This document shows positions 39,851 through 51,995 of a stretch of 64,000 bases of DNA, piece by piece. Positions within the stretch are counted from its first letter, which is position 1; each line of letters begins with the position of its first letter. The stretch is from Squalus acanthias (lineage: Eukaryota), in the NCBI GenBank assembly GCA_030390025.1, contig CM059432.1, positions 70,806,001 to 70,870,000 of the forward strand, in the 5' to 3' direction. The notes under the pieces were generated by a model. It saw only the letters and a list, made by a program, of their open reading frames with translations, ran no database searches and was not told where the DNA came from. The position numbers and the translations under genes are program-made.

Positions 39851-40448
39851 GTGAAATGTTGCATTAACTGCCACCATCAACCCCCATCTTGATCAGCACA
39901 GATTAAGACACTGGATTACTCTCCTTTTCATCCGAATGACCCAGTTTGAAAAGTGATTATGTAATTTGAATGTTTTATTTCAAGTCTACTTGGCAAAGGG
40001 GAGGATTTTATTTTAAATAAAATTTCCAAAAACTGACGGACTAATGTTCAGTTCCCTCTACCTGCTACATTTTACTGGGTAGAATAGGTTATATATTTTT
40101 CTGAGAGCACAGTTGTAATAACAGCAGTACCCTATTGCACCCATTATGTGTGGCACACTCGCTAATGGAGCAACCGTATAACCTGCTCCATTTAACAGTC
40201 TAGCTTTTGTTTGGTTTAGGTTTACTGTACCAACACGTTGGGCAGGTCTGGTTCAAGAACAGATACAAAAATGAAATATTTTTAAATGCAGTGTACTTTT
40301 CATGAAATTTACTGATTAACTTTTCAGTAAATTAACCAGTTTTCCACATTTTGTGAGGAGCACTAACTAAATGTCACATTATTGGTAAGATTGGTTAATA
40401 TTATTACAACTTTTATTGATGCCAGGCGCTGTAAAAAGATAACTCGGA

Positions 40449-40502
40449 ATGCCTGGAAATGTGCGAAAGTTAAGAGATGAAGACATTAATCCATGTCTTG
40501 AG
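40449..40502 (+). CDS. CHCHD7: CHCHD7 coding exon 1 (MPGNVRKLRDEDINPCLE)
   Basis: Acceptor ttttattgatgccAG at 40424-25, ATG at 40449, 18 codons, donor GAG|GTagg at 40503. Peptide resembles the CHCHD7/COX23 N-terminus (LRDxDINPCL). Confidence 0.93.
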
Positions 40503-40587
40503 GTAGGAGCGTTGTTAAACTCCAGCAGTCATTTTATTATACCAAGTTTGTTAACTGATGTGACAAATACTTCACTTTTATTTAAAG

Positions 40588-40686
40588 GAAACTGATGCCT
40601 CCAGGAAGTGCCTAGAAGCAAACAATTACAACAAAGATATGTGCAGCCATTATTTTCTGAGGTATAAAATGTGTAGGAAATTCTGG
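40588..40686 (+). CDS. CHCHD7: CHCHD7 coding exon 2 ([33 protein letters not shown])
   Basis: Acceptor cacttttatttaaAG, 99-nt phase-0 exon, donor TGG|GTaagt. Together with exon 1 it gives the twin CX9C motif (C-X9-C-X10-C-X9-C). Confidence 0.95.
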
Positions 40687-41124
40687 GTAAGTGTGACTGA
40701 AGATTTGACTCATAGAATTTATCAGAAGACTCTTATGAGCTGCATCTGAAAGAACATCAGCTACAAAGTTGGCTGGTCTCAGTGTAGTATTGCATGACAC
40801 ATCAGCCTGGATTTTCTAATCAAGCTAATCTGCCCCACCCCTCAGCACAGATGTAGGTGAAAACTTCTTCAGGAGCCTTCTCGTAACACTGCCATTTCCA
40901 GGATATTCTGTCGGAGGTGATGCAGGACTTGCAATATATTGCCACAGTCAGTCTCAATCCCTGAATTATGATTTGTTTAACTCTCACCAATAGCCATTGA
41001 CCAAGGATGCAACTATGGTAAATTTATTGTGCATCTCATAGCATAACAGTTAGTTCATGTAGTAGTATCTTGAATCAAGTTTTGTAGAAATTATTTACTT
41101 TGAAACTTTTCTTTCCTTTTGAAG

Positions 41125-41229
41125 AGCAACGTAATGATTCAAAGACGAAGAAATGGTATTAACCCTGGTATGCCTACGGCCAAGGATAGAAAAGACATTT
41201 TGGAAGAATACAAAGAGAAGCCCTACTGA
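41125..41229 (+). CDS. CHCHD7: CHCHD7 coding exon 3 (SNVMIQRRRNGINPGMPTAKDRKDILEEYKEKPY*)
   Basis: Polypyrimidine tract plus AG at 41123-24, open frame to TGA at 41227-29. Spliced total is 85 aa with a CHCHD7-like C-terminus (QRRxNG..P.MPTA.....IL......PY). Confidence 0.93.
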   Translation, partial: SNVMIQRRRNGINPGMPTAKDRKDILEEYKEKPY

Positions 41230-41260
41230 TGATCCTAATTCTGAAAAATTGATCAATGTG

Positions 41261-41496
41261 AATAAATCCACTTGAATAATTTTGAATATATAATTTTATA
41301 TCTGAATAAAGCTTTATAAAATGAATGCAAATAGAGCATTGGACATCTTACAATAAAAGAGCATAAAGATTTCACACTGTATTTATGCAATTCTCAGAAA
41401 ATAAGTGCCTAAAACCACTGTCTTCAGATTTGCATAATGGGAGCAAAAGAATTGTTGAAACAAACTACTTTAAAAAAATATACATATTATAATAAA
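41261..41496 (+). terminator. CHCHD7 polyadenylation signal cluster
   Basis: AATAAA at 41261, 41305, 41352 and 41491, just after the stop codon. Confidence 0.6.
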
Positions 41497-41804
41497 TTAA
41501 AAGATACATTTTCAATCTAAGAGGATTAATTTTATGAACTGCCAGGAAAGGTGGTTGAGGCGAGGAATTCTATTTTGGTCTAAGGTATAATATGTGTGCT
41601 AATTTTGTCAATATAGACCACTACTAATTTGCATTTGCTAATTTTTATATAACTTATGATGGAGTATTTAATATCTTGTTTGTGACTAGCCAGACATTTT
41701 TGCTGTAAATGTAAATTTAAGTTCCCAAAATGTTATTTATGAGTTTAATGGGTGAACACAAAGGCTTTTAACTAGTCCATTTATAGTGGTCTGTGACATT
41801 TTTA

Positions 41805-42310
41805 AAGGTTACAGAGATAGGGAGGGGCGAGGCCATGGAGGAATTTGAAAACAAGGATGAGAATTTTGAAAACAATGCGTTGCTTAACCGGGAGCCAATG
41901 TAGGTCAGCAAGCACAGGGGTGATGGGTGAATGGGACTTGGTGCAAGTTAGGATGTGGGCAGCAGAGTTTTGGATGATCTCAAGTTTATGTAGGGTAGAA
42001 TGTGGGAGGCCAGCCAGGAGTGCGTTGGAATAGTCAAGCCTAGAGGTAACTAAGGCATGGATGAGGGTTTCAGCAGCAGATGAGCTGAGACAAGGGCGGA
42101 GACGGGCAATGTTACGGAGGTGGAAATAGGTGGTCTTGGTTATGCCACGGATATGTGGTTGGAAGCTCATTTCAGGGTCAAATATAACGCCAAGGTTGGG
42201 AACAGTGTGGTTCAGCCTCAGATAGATGCTAGGGAGAGGTGGCTAGGGAACGGAGTTTGTGGCGGGGCCCGAAGACAATGGCTTCGATCTTCCCAATATT
42301 TAGTTGGAGA
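41805..42310 (-). mobile_element. L2 fragment
   Basis: ORF 41802-42170 with SRLDYSNALLAGL and LHWLPVKQRI. Confidence 0.88.
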
Positions 42311-42905
42311 GTTGAAGGTGGTGGATGGGGTGCCAATCAAGCGGGCTGCTTTGTACTGGATGGTGTCGAGCTTCTTGAGTGGTGTTGGAGCTGCACTCAT
42401 CCAGGTATTCCATCACACTCCTGATTGTGCCTTGTAGATGGTGGCAAGACCTTGGGGAGTCAGGAGGTGAGTCACTTGCTGCAGAATACCCAGCCTCTGA
42501 CCTGCTCTTGCAGCCACTGTATTTATATGGCTGGTCCAGTTAAATTTCTGGTCAATGGTGACCCACAGGATGTTGATAGTGGGAGATTTGACGATGGTAA
42601 TGCCGTTGAATGTCAAGGGAAGGTCTTTAGACTTTTTGGAGATAGTCATTGCCTGGCACTTGTGTGGCATGAATGTTACTTTCCACTGCCCAAACCTGGA
42701 TGTTGTCCAGGTCTTGCTGCATGCTGGCACGGACTGCTTCATTACATTGAGATTTAGTAAAGTTTAATTTTATAAAACAAAGGATGTGTACTTTTTGATA
42801 CTAGGTAAATACAGAAACCGGCCCTGTGACTAAAGGGTGCTTTTTTTTTATTCGCTTATGGGATCTGGGCGTCGCTGGCAAGGCCAGCATTTATTGCCCA
42901 TCCCT
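42311..42905 (-). mobile_element. LINE family J fragments (42311-42745 and 3' end 42845-42905)
   Basis: AAPTPLKKLDTIQ and WTSHINTVAARAGQRLG; 3' end complementary to GGGATGGGCAATAAATGCTGG. Confidence 0.8.
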
Positions 42906-43339
42906 GTTCTGTTTGGATATTTGAAGAATTCTCATTATTTCCAGTGGAAGCTTTGGCCACTTTGGGTGTGAAGGATTCAAAAGTATATACTTGGACTTAA
43001 AGAACTATGGGAATTCAAAAACAGGAAAAAAGATTTTTCAGTGAAGTATAAAAAAAAAAGGCCATTTCTGATTGAGATGTTTGCAAAGGTGTTGAATTTT
43101 TATTTAGTACGGTACATACGGGTGTACTGGGATTTTTGTATTCACAGTGTACTAATCTGGGGGGTGGGGGGAAGGGATGCAGCCCTGGAAACTATCTGAA
43201 ATCAGACTTTGAACTGAAAGTAGTTCACATTATGCATGACATTGACTACTGCCCATTCTCCAACCTTCTTTTCTTCTCTCAGGTCTGTGAAAGTGTTGAG
43301 TTTCCATATCCTCTCCATCACAAAGACTTCCCATTTCCA

Positions 43340-44245
43340 CCTTGGGAAAATTGCCTGCCTCTGCTCACTGTCACTGAAACCTTAATGCATCTTTTTGTCA
43401 CAGTCTAACCTCGCACCCTCCATAAACTACAGCTCATCCAAACTCTGCTGCTTGTATCCAGCTCACCTATCAATCCCCCATCCCTGTCTTAAATTATGAT
43501 GACAGGTTGCATAAACTTGGCTTGTATTCCCTTGAGTTTAAAAGTTTGAGGGATGATGTAATCGAGGTCTTTAAATGATAAAGGGATTTGATAGGGTAAG
43601 TATAGGGAAACTATTTCCTCTGGTGCTGGAATCTAGAACAATGGGCCATAATCATAAAATTAGAGCTAAGCCATTTAGGATTGGAATCAGGAAGCATTTT
43701 TCACACAAAGTATAGTGGAAATCTGGAACTCTTCCCCCAAATGTTGTGGATGCTGGGTCACTTGACATTTTCAAAACTGAGATTGATAGATTTTTATTGG
43801 CTAAGAGTATCAAAGGAAGTAGATCAAAGGTGGGTAAATGAAGTTGTAAAGATCAGCCATAATCTAATTGAATGGCAGAACAGGCTTGAGGGGCTGAAGT
43901 ACTTACTCCTGGTTCTACTTTCCTCACTGACCATTATCAGCTTCCAGTCCTCCCAACACCTCATATTTAAAATTCTTGTCTCATCCCTTTCTATCTCTAT
44001 AAACTTTTACAAACTCTCTGTTCCCTCTCCCTTTACACCACTTTTGGCAACTAAGCTTTCAGCTACCTTGGTCCCACTTTTCAAAATTTCTTGCACCTCC
44101 CTCTCTTTCTGTAAGACCCTTCTTGAAACCCACTTCTGACTGAGCTTTCGATCACTCCTCCTAATCGCTCTTGGCTGGATGTCCCTACACCTACACCGTG
44201 AAACATTTTCTACTTTAAAGGTGCTATTATAAATGCAAGTTGTTG
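43340..44245 (+). mobile_element. Old L2 remnants surrounding a CR1 3' fragment (~43490-43915)
   Basis: L2-like CTGAAACCTTAATGCATC and a TATAAATGCAAGTTGTTG tail; CR1-like CTTGAGTTTAAAAG...GATCAGCCAT...GGCTTGAGGGGC. Confidence 0.7.
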
Positions 44246-44310
44246 AATTAATGTGATCGATGAGTATAAAAATGTAGAATGAGAAAAGGCATTCATCCCT
44301 TTCAGACAAT

Positions 44311-45075
44311 GGCCCTGAAATTCGCCTCTCCGGCTTGCCGCGGGGGTAAGGATCGCGCGCGCACTTACCTACCGCGCCTGCCGTTGTGTTTTGGGCCCAC
44401 GGGAACTTCAGCTCCTGGGCCTGCTCCAAGTGCCGCCGCGCAGTGCTTGCGTATCCCAGGGGCGCAGTTAGTGCGATGCGACCCCTGGGATCACGTGGGC
44501 CATGGAGAGCCAATGGCAGCAGACCATCTTTCATTCATAGATTTGACAGGAAGACCTGTCAATTCTGTGAATTGAAATCGGCCCCAAAAGAACAGCTAAA
44601 CTTAAAATAAATTTTAAAAAACCCATCACATTTATAAAATAACTATAAGTTAAATAAATGAACTACTTTAAACAAAAATTTAAATTTTTGAAAAAATTAA
44701 AAAACTTTTTAACAGTGCTAAAAATAAACTTACCTTTCTTTAAAGTATCTAAAAAAGATAAACCTGTTGAAAAAAATTTATAATTATAATTAATTAACCA
44801 CTTACCTTGTTGAAAACGGGTCCTGCGCCTCCTTTTTAAATGTGCAGGTTCTTCAATACTTACCCTCCCGTAGAAACCTGAAAAAAAACCTAAGTTTGCT
44901 GCGTGCGCGCAGCCTCTACCACGCACGCGGTTCACCTATGAACCGCCCCCTTCACCAGACCAGAAGTTCCGGTTTCCTGCGCATGCGCAGTGCATGCAGC
45001 AAATCGGCACTTCAAGACGCCTTATGGGTGAGTACACAGTCCGTACTCACCCAGGAAGAGACGAATTTTTGGCCC
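44311..45075. mobile_element. Harbinger-type MITE
   Basis: TIR GGCCCTGAAATTCG / CGAATTTTTGGCCC; TSD AAT at 44308-10 and 45076-78; GC-rich ends, AT-rich core. Confidence 0.85.
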
Positions 45076-45557
45076 AATATATGGTTCAATTTATGGACCC
45101 CAGACAATCCACTTGTTATATGTGTGGAGCAAAAATATATGTTACATCTGCATTCACTTTTTGATTTGGATTCTTCCTTGCTGTAAACAATATGTGAGGG
45201 GTTAAAACTCAAGGTCAGATGAGGCATTTCTCAAAGAAAAAGCCATGAACTTGAGAGATGAGACAGGCTGGCTGTGGTAGGTGTCATAAGGTGCAAAGTG
45301 TTGGGGAAAGCACAAGAGCAAATTTAAGGTGTTATGTGTATTAAATGGCTGCAAATTTTATTGCAGCATGCTATTGTCAAAGATTGGCTATACATTTAAT
45401 ATTGATTGGGGAAATGCAGCCTTTTGTTCCAGCATAACTTCAAAGGTGTTTAGATTGTATTCCTATTGGATGCCTATTTTACCCATGAGTCAGTTTCAGT
45501 TTTCCAGCCAGGAGAAGAGTTGTATATTTCAGATTGTGTCAGTCAGTAGAGAAACTA

Positions 45558-45685
45558 TATGTTACATCTGCATTCACTTTTTGTGTTCTGATGAAAGGTC
45601 ATCGACCTGAAACGTCAACTCTCTTTCTCTCTCTACGGATGCTGCCTGGCCTGCTGAGTTTTTCCAGCGTTTTCTGTTGTTATTT
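45558..45685 (+). mobile_element. Solo Penelope pLTR fragment with 13-bp TSD
   Basis: Homologous to 10790-10914; flanked by AGTAGAGAAACTA at 45545-57 and 45686-98. Confidence 0.85.
45585..45619 (+). ncRNA. Minimal type-I hammerhead ribozyme motif
   Basis: GTT-CTGATGA-A-AGGTC(atc)GACCT-GAAA-C-GTC-AAC. Core boxes, 5-bp stem II, GUC triplet and 3-bp stem I are present. Confidence 0.75.
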
Positions 45686-45861
45686 AGTAGAGAAACTAGT
45701 TATGAAGCTGCAGCATGTTTTTCAGTGTAAGAAATGTCCTGTTTTAAAATCTATATATAGAGAGTAAGAGGTCTCTATTTTATGTATGGATGACAATTAT
45801 GAAATGCATGATTCACTTTTAAACTGTATACTGTTTATTTACCGGTTTTATTTTTAAAAAA

Positions 45862-45950
45862 ACAACACAACTTGCATTTATTTATATAGCGCCTTTAACA
45901 TAGTAAAACATCCCAAGATGCTTCACGGGAGCGTTATCAAACAAAATAAA
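45862..45950 (-). mobile_element. L2 3' terminus
   Basis: CAACTTGCATTTA..TATAGCGCCTTTAACATAGTAAAACATCCCAAG is the reverse complement of the L2 tail at 38.8 kb. Confidence 0.8.
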
Positions 45951-46239
45951 ACCATCTGTTGGTTTAGAAGCTGAGTCTTGGGCTGCTGGTGTATATTCAG
46001 TCCGTCTTTTGAAGAAAATCACATGGCAGCACATGATACTTTGCATTAGCTGGTGTACAGCCAATCGTGGGGGGTCTCTATTGTTTATCTAGATCTTGGT
46101 CGAATAAAATATACTCGGATTGTAGGAGCAACAATGTCTGCTTATGGGGGTGGCTGGTGATACTGAACCTGAGAAAATATCTAGCCCAAAAAACCCTCCA
46201 AAAATGTGACAATGTGGAACAGACTGCAAGCAACGACGT

Positions 46240-48660
46240 CGGAAGAGGTGGGAAAATTAGATTCAAAGAGGTTGGGTTCGGAACCCGCCTCTGTGGGATT
46301 TTGCCGGTGCCGGTTTTGGAGGTCGGGAAACGCTCCCGCCTCCAGCTGGCCATTGCGCTAATTAACTTCCTTAAATGCTTGTTAAGGGCCTCTCTAAGCT
46401 TTTTTTGAGAGGCCCTCGTGAATTTCCCAGCATTTCGGCGTGTTCCACGCAACTCCTGAACCAGGCCAGGTAAACCTGGCAGCTTGACTCGTGGGTGGCC
46501 TCCTCACTGCTGCAGGCCTAACAAGACATCATTTACTGCAGCAAGGATTACTTGCAGGTGCCAGACTTTGGCTTTAAAAGGTCTCTGAGCACTTTTAGAA
46601 GGCCTTCAGAAGTCAGAGGTGCTGCAGCTTGACTCCATCAACTGTGGGACCTCCTTGGAAGACCCTCTCCCCGCTTGCAATGAGCGCTTCTCCAAAGGAG
46701 GCATCTACAAGCAGCATGGGAACCATTCATTTTCTTTCACCATGGACCTCAGATGAGGATGAGGACCATCCAGGGCAGCAGCAGAACCAGGCAGCTCAGC
46801 AGCAACATCAGCAGGAGCCCCAACCTCCTGCTCAGCCACCTGATGCTGCACAGGGCAGAAGGCACCAGCGCATCGAGGCACCTCTCCGCAGGAGATACCC
46901 CCCACAGAGGGTTTACAAAGGATGAGCTACCTCAACATGAGTGAGCAGCAGTGCCAAAGGAGGTTGAGACTTTCGCGAGAGGTTGTCCGAGAGATCTGCG
47001 GCCTGCTGCAGCAAGACCTGGTGCCCAGAGGAACAGGTGGACACCCCTTACCAGTGGCTGTCAAAGTCACCACCGCACTCAGCTTCTTTGCCTCAGGCTC
47101 CTTCCAGGGATCATCAGCGGCATCTCCCAGTTAGCCGCCCACAGTTGCATCACCCAGGTTACCGATGCCCTTTTTGCTAAAGCCCACAATTACATCCAGT
47201 TCACAAGGGATCAAGCAAGTATAACTGCCCGTTCGGTTGGATTCGCAAATATGGCAGGCATGCCAATGGTGCAGGGCATCATAGACTGCACACAGGTGGC
47301 CCTTAGGGCGCCCCATCACAACCCAGCTATCTTTGTCAACTGCAAGGGCTTCCACTCCCTCAACGTTCAGCTGGTGTGTAACCACAAGGAGGAGTTCTTG
47401 CATGTTTGCGCCAAGTTCTGTGGAAGTTGCCATGACTCTTTCATCCTGCGGCACTCTAATGTTCCTCTGCTTTTCAATCCACCAAACCAACTTAATGGAT
47501 GGCTCCTTGGTGACAAAGGCTATCCCCTGAAGAAGTAGCTAATGACGCCGATCAGGAGGCCAGCTAACGAGGCTCAAGAGCGCTACAACGCCAGCCACAC
47601 TTCGACCAGGTCCATCATAGAGCAGACCATTGGGTTGTTGAAGATGCGCTTCCGTTGCCTTGACCGATCAGGTGGAGCCCTGCAGTATACACCATACAGG
47701 GTCTCCAGAATGGTTGTGGTCTGCTGTACACTGCACAACATCGCACAGCGTCGTGGCTTGCAGCTTCCTGATGAGCAAGTGGCTCAGTTCCAGCCTTCCT
47801 CAGATGAGGAGGCTGAGGAGGAGGATCTGGAGGAGGAGGAGGAGCAGGAGGAGGTCAGAGCGCCGGTGTATCGATCAGCAGTAGCGGCAGCACGCGAGCA
47901 CATGGCTGCCAGGGATGCAAGGGATGAACTTATCATGGCCAGATTTGCATAGGTTGCCCAAGTTGGCACATGTCCTTGGCTCCATCCTAGGACTTCATTG
48001 ACAATGGACATGACTCTCTGGCCTCCTTTCACTCAGGCCACCAACCAGACAACGCAAGTGTGGCGGAGCCCGCAATGTGGAGCTTCCTAAGGCGAAAGAA
48101 CAGATGACATAACGCCAACATTTTGGCTTCAAATCATTTTAATGCTTTCCAACAGGGATGGCATTTCATCAATACACAGAAGCAGTCTCCCAATCTGCAC
48201 ACAGATCTGGAGGTTATATCCCTTGCCAGCTGTACCCTCACAGCCTTGGTTTCTTTGGCAGACCTCTTCCTCCGAGATGAGTGGAAGAGCACCTCCATGC
48301 TAGCTCTCACCCCCTCAAACAACATTTGCAGTGCCTCATCTGAGAGCCTCGGGTAGGCCCTTGCCTTGAAATTGGATATTCGTATCTCAAAAGATGTTGG
48401 AGGTGGTGCAGGAGAAGCAGAAATGCTGTGGAGTGAGCCAAGGGAGCAAGAAGCCATAAAATCAGACTGGAAAAGTGCTGCCAACAGAGGCGAGTTTCAG
48501 TCCCAAAACACTAATTGAGGAAGGCATCCCACATCTCTGAAATCAAGTGGATAATCGTGGGAAAATCGCAAAAGTTTGAAACCTATCAGTGGAGGCGAGT
48601 TTCAAACCCACCCAAACTGAAACCCGCCTCCATCTCGCCTCCAGTGGGAAAATTGCCCCC
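46240..48660. mobile_element. PIF/Harbinger transposon 2 (left TIR not found; Myb gene mostly deleted)
   Basis: Right TIR GGGAAAATTGCCCCC; transposase on +; Myb remnant PRLSDEALQMLFEGVRA on - at ~48190-48360. Confidence 0.85.
46716..47952 (+). pseudogene. HARBI1-type DDE transposase with few disruptions
   Basis: [23 protein letters not shown] and IIEQTIGLLKMRFRCLD. Frameshifts near 46.92 and 47.12 kb and a TAG at 47536. Confidence 0.9.
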
Positions 48661-48867
48661 AAAAACTTTCCTTTTAAAAGAAACACAAATTATTGTTAGG
48701 AAGAGGACTGAAGATTGTGACAATTCGTGTAGATGATGGAATACTCCATGGAGCATCATAGGAATGTGATATGTGAAAAGTTACTGGCCAGGGCTGGATA
48801 AAAGAGGCTAAACGGTTAGATCAGTAATCTGAAGTGTTGTGCAATTACCTTTAACAACAGTCTTGTA

Positions 48868-49385
48868 ACAACAACTTGCATTTCTATAGTGCTCATTACA
48901 TCTTAGGAAGGTTTGGGAAGGCAGGGAGCGAGATAGGAAGATGAAAGTTCTGGGCGAAGGAGTTCCAGAGAGTTGGGCTGAGGTGAGGAAGGCATGGTCA
49001 TCAATGATAGAGCGGAAAATGAGAAGTAGGCTGGTGTTGGAGGACCAGATGGTGCATACAGGGACTTAGGGCTGGAGGAGCTCATAGAAGTAGCAAAGAA
49101 TGAGGCTGTGAAGGGATTTGAAGGTGAGGATAAGAATTTTAAAAGTTGATTCTATTGAACAGAGGAAGCCAATGGAACATGGCGAGGGCATAGGGATGGA
49201 AATGTGGACCTTAGTGCGAGTGAGGACATGGGCTGTGACATTCTGGCTGATTTGTTTATAAATAGTAAAAGAATGGAAGCCAGTAAAACATGTGTTAGAA
49301 AAGAACAACTATGCAATAATAAATGCATGGATTGAGGTTTCAGAGGAATAGAACAAAGGGTGGAAGTGGGTGATGTGGTGGGGAA
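48868..49385 (-). mobile_element. Old L2 fragment
   Basis: FKILILTFKSLH peptide; L2 tail CAACTTGCATTTCTATAG. Confidence 0.75.
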
Positions 49386-49715
49386 CAAAAGTAACCTTGA
49401 TAATTTTACCAAATGCCCTTTGGAAGTATAAGCACACAAGATCATACAGTTTGCAACAATCAACTAAAGCTGTGTCAACTGCTGTTTACTTAGTTTTTGT
49501 ACAGATTGTCCTCAAGTTTACTCCTGATAATTGATTCCATTATTTTGCACCAAATTGAAGTAAGACTAATGGGTCTGCAGTTGCCTGTCCCTGTTTTGTT
49601 ATAATTTAAAAAAATGTGTACCACATTACCCTGTTTCCAATCTACTGGTACCTCCCACTGTCCCTTGACTTCCTCCTCATAATTGCCAATGCCTCACAAA
49701 TCTCCACACTGGTCT

Positions 49716-50815
49716 CAACAGCAACTCATATTTATCTAACACCTTTAGTGTAGTAAAACATCCCACGTGCTTCACAGGAGCGATTACCAAGCAAATTTGA
49801 TACTGAGCCACATAAGGACAGGTGACCAAAAGCTTGGTCAAAGAGGTAGGTTTTAAGGAACATCTTAAAGGAGCAAGTGCCAGGCAATGACAATCTCCAA
49901 CAAGTGAGAGTCTAACCACAGCCCATTGACATTCAACGGCATTACCATCACCGAATCCCCACCATCAACATCCTGGGGTCACCATTGCCCAGAAACTTAA
50001 CTGGACCAGCCACATAAATACTGTGGCTACAAGAGCAGGTCAGAGGCTGCGTATTCTGTGGCGAGTGTGATGGAATCCTTGCCACTTGCCTGGATGAGTG
50101 CAGCTCCAACAACACTCAAGAAGCTTGACACCATCCAGGACAAAGTAGCCCACTTGATTGGCACCCCATCCACCACCTTAAACATTCACTCCCTGCACCA
50201 CCAGCGTACCGTGGCTGCAGTGTGTACCATCTACAAGATGCACTGCAGCAACTCGCCAAGGCTTCTTCGGCAGCTCCCCCCAAACCTGCAAACTCTACCA
50301 CCTAAAAGGACAAGGCAGCAGGCGCATGGGAACACCATCACCTGCAAGTTCTCCTCCAAGTCACACACCATCCTGACTTGGAAATAATGCCGTTCCTTCA
50401 TCGTCGCTGGGTCAAAATCCTGGAACTCCCTCCCTAACAGCACTGTGGGAGTACCTTCACCATATGGACTGCAGTGGTTCAAGAAGGTGGCTCACCACCA
50501 CCTTCTCAAGGGCAATTAGGGATGGGCAATAAATGCTGGCCTTGCAATGTCCACATCCCAGGAATGAATTTTTAAAAAAGGATAGAGAGGCGGAGAGGTT
50601 TTGGGAGTGAATTCCAGAGCTTTGGGCTTAGGTAGCTGAAGGCACAGCTGCCAGTGGCAGAGTGAAGAAAATCGGGGATACGCAAGAGGCCAGAATTGGA
50701 GGAGCTTATAGATTACGGAGGGTTGTAGGGCTGGAGGAGGTTGCAGAGATAGGGAATGACGAGGCCATGGAGGAATTTGAAAAGGATGAGAATTTTTTAA
50801 TTGAGGCAATGCCGG
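49716..50815 (-). mobile_element. L2 3' fragment split by a family-J LINE
   Basis: L2 runs 49716-49873 and resumes at ~50576 (AAGGATAGAGAGGCGGAGAGG). Confidence 0.8.
49874..50570 (+). mobile_element. LINE family J 3' fragment nested in L2
   Basis: PLAWMSAAPTTLKKLDTIQDK...TVAAVCTIYKMHCSNSPRLL; 3' end GGGATGGGCAATAAATGCTGG. Confidence 0.85.
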
Positions 50816-51129
50816 ATGTCAAAATTCTGGGATAAATACCATCTAACACTTGTATTTTATTCTAAGTAATTTCAGCTTGTCTAGATTTCCATCTCATTTA
50901 TATTGAAATCCTGAATTTTGTCTTGGTGCTCTTTTTGTGGGGATGACATGTTGTTAATGTCTTCCCATATGAATACTTTGAGGAAGTTACCTTTCAGAAT
51001 ATTTAGTATCCTATGCTCATCATCAGTTATGAGCACACCTGCATCTTGCTTTAAGTACCTTCTTCTGTTTTCTGTATTTTTTTGGTTATCTTGTAAGCTT
51101 GTACCATTTGCAGAACAGAGAACTATTCC

Positions 51130-51950
51130 AAGTAATGACAAAAAGAGGAAAATTTTGAAAGGACAGGGAAATTGGGAAAGGAGCGGCAGTAGCAATATTG
51201 ATAAAAGACACAATTGCCGCAGTAGAAAGCAGGGATTCCAGTCAGTGTGATTGGGCAGTGGAAACATTATGGGTAGAGTTAAGGAACTGCAAAGATTGCA
51301 AGACTCTTGTAGGAGTTGTCTACAGATTTTCTGATAGTAGTGATTTTGTGGGGGATGTAAAAATACAGAGATCAGGGAAGCATGAAGCAAAAGCAACTTG
51401 GTTATAATGGGAGATTTTAATTTTCACGTTGACTGGGAGAAGAAGAACAAGTAGTAAAGGCAACAAATTTCTAGATTGTATTCGGGACAGTTTTCTAGAA
51501 CAATATGCTTTGGAACCGACAAGGGAACAGGTCATACTACATTTGTAATGTCTAACGACAGAATTAGTTAACAATCTGACGGTAAGGGAGCATCTTGCAA
51601 ATAGTGACCATAATATGATTGAATGTGATATTAGATTTGAAAGAGAGAAGGGAGAGTCACAAAGCAAGGTTTTAAATTTAAGTAAGGCAAACATCGAAGG
51701 GATGAGAAATATATTGTCTGCAGTAAACTGTGCTGAACTGGGTAAATCTGCAAACAAACAGTGGGAAGTAGTCAAAGAATTATTTGGTACAATACAAAAC
51801 CAGTACATTACCCCTAAAAGGTAAATGCTCCACTTGTATGGTTAAGTAACCATGGTCAACAAATGAGTTAAGCTACAATCTCAAGTTAAAAGAAAAGGCT
51901 TACACAAATGAAAGGAAACGTAGAAATCTAAAATAAAGTCCTATGGCCAA
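51130..51950 (+). mobile_element. Old CR1 APE-domain fragment
   Basis: ETLWVELRN...GVVYR, MGDFN and SDHNMIE remnants. Confidence 0.8.
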
Positions 51951-51995
51951 GACCACTGGTTTAAGATGACTGAATAAGTTAAATTTCTTTTCATT

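Noticed and set aside
40328..40384. Extra CHCHD7 5' exon (ttttcAG...TTG|GTAAGA)
   Set aside because: It would leave a 41-nt intron before the 40426 exon, which is too short. Alternative use cannot be judged without RNA data.
46716..47952. Possible host HARBI1 gene
   Set aside because: Frameshifts and a stop, adjacent TIR and Myb remnant, and related copies in the window indicate a transposon.
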